The notes beneath the pieces are model-generated. The model saw only the letters and a program-made list of their open reading frames with translations, ran no database searches and was not told the origin of the DNA. A program made the translations under genes and the position numbers. A stretch of 32,000 nt of DNA from Idiomarina loihiensis L2TR (lineage in GTDB: Bacteria; Pseudomonadota; Gammaproteobacteria; Enterobacterales; Alteromonadaceae): positions 1,890,001 through 1,922,000 of the forward strand of contig NC_006512.1 in NCBI RefSeq assembly GCF_000008465.1. The letters run 5' to 3'. This document shows, in pieces, positions 27,745 through 32,000 of this stretch (position 1 is the first letter of the stretch; every line of letters starts with the position of its first letter).

Positions 27745-28122
27745 ATGAAACTATCTGAACCCTGCCCTTGCGGCCTCGATAAAACCTATCAACATTGTTG
27801 CTATCCATATCATAATGGAGAATCACTTGCGTCATCGCCTGAAGCCTTAATGCGTTCACGCTACAGTGCCTTTGTCGGACGCTTAGCAGGCTACTTAGAA
27901 GCAACATGGCATAGCAGCTACCGCCCCGCCTTTCTCGATTTAAGCGACTCACCAAACTGGCTTAAATTGCAGGTTATTTCTTCCAGCGTAGATCAGAATA
28001 AAGGGCAGGTGCATTTCCGCGCATTTTATCGCGACGGAGATGATATTGCTTTTATGGAAGAAAAATCTGATTTTATTTTCGAAGACGGCAAATGGTATTA
28101 CTTAACCGGCCAGACAACTTAA
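27745..28122 (+). CDS. ychJ: YchJ-family protein (UPF0225, SEC-C motif)
   Basis: The 125-aa product starts at the ATG at 27745 and begins MKLSEPCPCG...YQHCC (SEC-C metal-binding motif). The upstream extension in the track starts at a TTG and overlaps the DUF502 gene. Confidence 0.8.
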   Translation: MKLSEPCPCGLDKTYQHCCYPYHNGESLASSPEALMRSRYSAFVGRLAGYLEATWHSSYRPAFLDLSDSPNWLKLQVISSSVDQNKGQVHFRAFYRDGDDIAFMEEKSDFIFEDGKWYYLTGQTT

Positions 28123-29445
28123 GACAGCTGCTGACCGGTTTTATCTAAAAATACCAGACCGTGGGTTTTAACATGCTTCTCATAACGAGTTACTGTTAAC
28201 GGCTTAGAAAAGTAAAAACCCTGAAACTCTGAAAAGCCAATTTCGGTTAATCTTGTTAACTGAGACTTTTCTTCTACACCTTCAACGACACATTTAATTT
28301 TCAATTCAGAGCAAATATTAAAAATGCCCTTAACTAAGCTGTATTGTCGCCCGGATGTTTTTATGCCACGAAGCAGCGCTCTGTCCAGTTTTAACTTATC
28401 AATCGGGTAATAAGCCAAGCGGGTAACACTGGAATAGCCGACTCCAAAGTCATCAACCGATACCTTAAAGCCCCAGGACTTCAATTCATTCATAAGCTCT
28501 AATGAGTTGACCCTGTCCGACTCCAGACAGGTTTCTGTTAACTCCAGCTCTATCTGTGAAGGTTTAACCGAAAAATCGGCCAGATATTTGACCAGCTTCG
28601 AAATAAAATCGGGCTGAGAAAAGTCAAGCAGTGAAATGTTGATGGCTACGGGTAACAGCGGAAAATCATTTTTCTTCCACAGCGATATTTGAGCACAGAC
28701 TTTCTGAACAATTAAGTCGGTTAAACGACTTATCATTCGGTACTCTTCTGCAATTGGAATAAAAATAGCCGGAGAAATGGAACCCAGTACAGGGCTGTCC
28801 CAGCGGGCAAGTGCTTCAAGCCCGACACAAGTGCCATCGGCAGTCACTTTCGGTTGAAAACAAACATCCAACTCGTCGTTCTGTATGGCTTCATCCAAAA
28901 GAATTGAGATTTCATGGCGTTCCATAAACTCTTCCGAGTTTTCAGTATCATAAAGATGATAAAACTGGTTCACAGAAGCAAACTTCTTTGCTTCCAACGC
29001 ACGGGAAACAACAACGTCGGCGGTTTCACCATGCTTAGGAAACCTGGCCACACCGAACTGAAAAGACTGCTGACATTTAATACCCTGAAAGGTGTATTCT
29101 TTATCGAGAGAGTTTTTAATATCCAGTAAAACGTCTTTTAATTCGTTCTCTACCGTCTTTGGCAAAATAAACACCAGCTTATTTAACGCAATAGTCGCAG
29201 TTAAGCGCGGATGCTGCCGGTGCTTCTTCAACCGGCTGTATGAAGACGCTAAAAGTCTTCTGATAACACTTTCACCATACTTTAACCTGAGGTAGTCCTC
29301 GCTTTCACTTTGTGCAACAACCACAAAGAATTCACGATCTGACTTAGAAATTAATTTATTGCATTGCAACTCAAACCAGTCGCTGTTCGGCAAGTTTGTC
29401 TGAGTATCCAGGTAACGCAAACGGCGGTTTTCCTGCTCTAAGAAC
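28119..29445 (-). pseudogene. C-terminal fragment (degenerate GGDEF + EAL) of an IS-disrupted c-di-GMP signalling gene
   Basis: EAL-domain motifs are intact (QPKV, ELELTE, DDFGVGYSS, EGVE, QGFYFSKP). The preceding GGDEF-like domain has SESED in place of GGDEF. The first 41 codons of the track ORF come from the IS right end. Confidence 0.85.
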
Positions 29446-29711
29446 GTCATATATGGTCCCCTCCCGTTTTGCAACGGCAACTCGTGGTAAATGTCGGGGC
29501 GCTCGCATATATACGGCCTGTTTATGGTGCGCGCTTTGCGCACCTGGCCTGGATGAACTCCGCACGACAACTGGCTTATCAGGCTAACGTACTTTATGTA
29601 CGGACGTTCAACAGTCTCAGTTGTCGTCGGTTTACCCTATTTTACCATCCTGTTGACGTTTGCAACTCCCGGAAGGAATGAACCTTCGCTGTGCTCTTTT
29701 ACTGAATGCTG
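29446..29711 (-). ncRNA. Candidate seekRNA/bridge RNA, copy 2
   Basis: It is identical to the reverse complement of 20370-20635. Confidence 0.55.
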
Positions 29712-30743
29712 TTAAGCAGCAGTCATCCGGTAATCTTCTTTATTCTTTAACATCGCCCAGATTATCCGGGCGTGCTTGTTAGCCAGTGCCACCGCTGCAA
29801 CGTTGTTGCCTCTGCGTTTAGCGACATCCTGTGCCCAGAGGCTCAGCCTGTCGTGGCGCTGTTGTGCCACCCGCAGTGCCGAGCGGGCGCCATGCACCAG
29901 CAGTGTCCTGAGTTTGGTGTTCCCTTTTTTGGTAATACCGCCTAAACGGTCTTTACCGCCACTGCTGTTTTGCCGTGGTACCAGTCCCAGGTATTCCGAC
30001 AGGTTGCGGCCGCGTTTAAATTCACTCACATCACCTATCAGTGCCAGCAGCGAGGTCGCTGTTATCGGTCCGATACCCGGCAGGGTCATCAGCCGCTGAC
30101 TGTCTTCATTCCTTTCGGCCTGTGTCGCTAAGTGCTTATCCAGCGCTTTAACTTCTTCATCCACCGCTCGCAGCATCTGATAGAGCCGGTTGATGAGGTC
30201 CCGTGACTGAAGCGTCAGCGCATTGCTGTCGTCTTCCAGTACCTCCGGTACTCTCTGTAATATCGTACCGACTCGCTTCGGTAAAAGAATGCCGTATTCG
30301 GCCAGTTGCCCCCGCAACCTATTCGAGAACTGCGTTCTCGTCTGCACGAAGCCTTCCCGCTGATTGACCATCAATGCTAAGTCCTGCTGCTCAATGCTTT
30401 TCAGCCTGACCGTCTGACGGTTGGGTCGTGATGCCGCCTCGGCTATTGCCCGGGCGTCATTCGCATCGTTCTTCTCACCCTGCAGGTACGCTTTGACGAA
30501 ACGCGGTGGCAACGCCACCGTTTTATAACCCAGCTTTTCACATTCGCGGCGCCAGTAATGACTCATGCCGCAGGACTCAACCGCTACTTCACAGTCATCC
30601 GTACGGCTCAGCGTCGCCAGCTTCGCTAACACTTTATTGCTGCGCAGTTTTTTATTAAAAACTTCCTGCTCATTTTCATCCAGCGCCAAAACCTGAATAA
30701 AATCCTTTGCCAAATCCAGGGCAATTCTGTTTACAATAGCCAT
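29712..30743 (-). CDS. IS110-family DEDD transposase/recombinase, copy 2
   Basis: The protein is identical to the copy-1 transposase. Confidence 0.9.
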   Translation of the reverse strand: MAIVNRIALDLAKDFIQVLALDENEQEVFNKKLRSNKVLAKLATLSRTDDCEVAVESCGMSHYWRRECEKLGYKTVALPPRFVKAYLQGEKNDANDARAIAEAASRPNRQTVRLKSIEQQDLALMVNQREGFVQTRTQFSNRLRGQLAEYGILLPKRVGTILQRVPEVLEDDSNALTLQSRDLINRLYQMLRAVDEEVKALDKHLATQAERNEDSQRLMTLPGIGPITATSLLALIGDVSEFKRGRNLSEYLGLVPRQNSSGGKDRLGGITKKGNTKLRTLLVHGARSALRVAQQRHDRLSLWAQDVAKRRGNNVAAVALANKHARIIWAMLKNKEDYRMTAA

Positions 30744-30833
30744 TGGTCCTCTCCACTCTGTTCTATAGAAGCTTGAACCTCTATATTGGCACATTGCGAT
30801 GCCGCTTAGGAGGGAGGGGACCATCTCATCAGG

Positions 30834-31765
30834 TTACTCTCCAGCGTTTTCTCTTGTGTGCAATCGACAAATTCATAAACATAAGAGCTGGCTTCCGGAA
30901 CTTCTAATCTGACAACTTGTTGGTATGTATGCTCATGACGGATAATCTTGCCACCCGTGGGTAATTTGGCATGATTAATATCGGGAAACCAGTTAGAAAT
31001 AGACTGACAACCACTTCTCGTCGACTCATCTAAACCAAAAATATCACCGGCCTGTTTATTAAAATCTGTAATTAACCCGTCTTCATTAACAATAACTTTG
31101 GGTCTTCTCGACTCGGCAAAAAACACCCGGTAAAGCGAGTTCTTACCTTTTAAGTAATCGTTAGACTTTTGAGTTTCCTGATTCAGACGTTTTGCAGCGA
31201 CTATTGTACGAGCCACTGCGAGAGGAATACAGATGTTAAAAAACAGAAAAATAAGTCCCAAAATATATAGAGACGCATCAGGTAACTGTTCGTTAATTCC
31301 TGTCAATTCTGATAAGTCGATATCGTTAAGAATAATATAAAACGGCACAATATTAAGAATGCCGTAGAATAATGCAGCACGTCCACCTAAAAGCATCAAC
31401 GCTATAAGTGGTGAAGCATACATAAACATTGAGCTAACTTGTGCAAGGCTCAAGTCGACTAATAAAAGATTACAGGACAAACTCGCGGCAATAATCATGA
31501 CATGCAGAGAATGAGCACAAAAATGATAGTATCGAGTACTTAACCAAAATAGGGTCAGCATCACTCCCAAAAATGTGGAGGTAACGCCTATAGTGAAAAT
31601 TAAATGCAACTCTAATAAAGGGACAAGCGTATCAATAAAAACAGCTAATGAAAGGAAAGCTCCCGAGAAAAGAATAATTCTTAGTGCGCTGACTCGCCAA
31701 TTGGGAACACCATTTTCTGACGTTCCTTCGTCTTTAAGCAGAAAAAAGTTATTTAAGAAGTTCAT
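30834..31765 (-). pseudogene. N-terminal fragment (multi-TM sensor + PAS-like region) of the IS-disrupted GGDEF/EAL gene
   Basis: There are about 7 hydrophobic helices followed by a PAS-like segment (VIVNEDGLITDFNKQAGDIFGL...). The reading frame runs 8 codons plus a stop into the IS left end. Confidence 0.8.
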
Positions 31766-31837
31766 GCTGGCCCGAATCAGTTCTCAGACAGCCATTAAAG
31801 AACGTTAAACCTTAAAAATCAACTACCTTTACTCAAG

Positions 31838-32000
31838 TTACTCTATATTAATCAGGTGCTGTCGATAAAAACGCCAGTGTCTGGAGTTTATTAAATACCA
31901 GCCACAAACAAACCAACCAAAAACAATTGCGGCGCGACCAAATGAAAAAGCACCATGTTGTTCAATGAATAGCCAGAAAATAAGTACGGCATCAAAAATT
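31838..32000 (-). CDS. 3' end of a membrane-protein gene running off the window (hypothetical)
   Basis: My manual translation of the minus strand from the window edge gives an open, hydrophobic 53-codon frame (...IFDAVLIFWLFIEQHGAFSFGRAAIVFGWFVCGWYLINSRHWRFYRQHLINIE*). It is too short to appear in the ORF track. Confidence 0.3.
   Translation of the reverse strand, partial: IFDAVLIFWLFIEQHGAFSFGRAAIVFGWFVCGWYLINSRHWRFYRQHLINIE

Larger units (their letters stand above)
29446..30833 (-). mobile_element. IS110-superfamily (IS1111-type) insertion sequence, copy 2, inverted
   Basis: It is the reverse complement of 19248-20635. I compared all 1388 positions and found one difference: 30447 T, which is A in IS orientation, versus G at 19634. 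The change is synonymous (GCA/GCG, Ala). Confidence 0.92.

Noticed and set aside
20636-29445. The 8.8-kb segment between the IS copies as a composite transposon, an acquired island, or a segment already inverted by recombination between the IS copies.
   Set aside because: IS110-family elements move as single units via circular intermediates and do not typically form composite transposons. The cargo is ordinary chromosomal-looking genes. An existing inversion is excluded because both halves of the split EAL gene are collinear around copy 2, and copy 1 lies in a normal convergent intergenic region.

Overview
The window looks like a chromosomal housekeeping region of a gammaproteobacterium. Gene content and order suggest a marine Alteromonadales-like organism, but I could not verify this. 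The genes are tightly packed: trpB-trpA, yciB, a yciI-like gene, ybbP-ybbA divergent from tesA, a minus-strand tRNA operon (Ala-GGC plus three Glu-UUC), a beta-carbonic anhydrase, gltX divergent from two tRNA-Val(UAC) genes, and a LysR regulator divergent from a glutathione-dependent formaldehyde detoxification pair (frmA/fghA).

The notable content is two inverted copies of one 1388-bp IS110-superfamily element (19248-20635 on + and 29446-30833 on -). By my base-by-base comparison they match at 1387 of 1388 positions. The element has IS1111-group architecture: a short 5' non-coding end of about 90 bp, 13-bp subterminal inverted repeats, a DEDD-type transposase, and a 266-nt structured 3' non-coding region. 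That region contains short matches to both IS ends and to both strands of the copy-1 target. I call it a candidate guide RNA (seekRNA / bridge RNA) directing RNA-programmed recombination.

Copy 2 splits a 752-codon membrane-sensor PAS/GGDEF(degenerate)/EAL gene exactly, with no target duplication. The two copies bracket an 8.8-kb segment carrying an MCP, a CoA-transferase, a racemase, a Tag-like glycosylase, an outer-membrane beta-barrel, a SIMPL protein, a DUF502 protein and ychJ. I saw no CRISPR array, prophage or recognisable defence operon.
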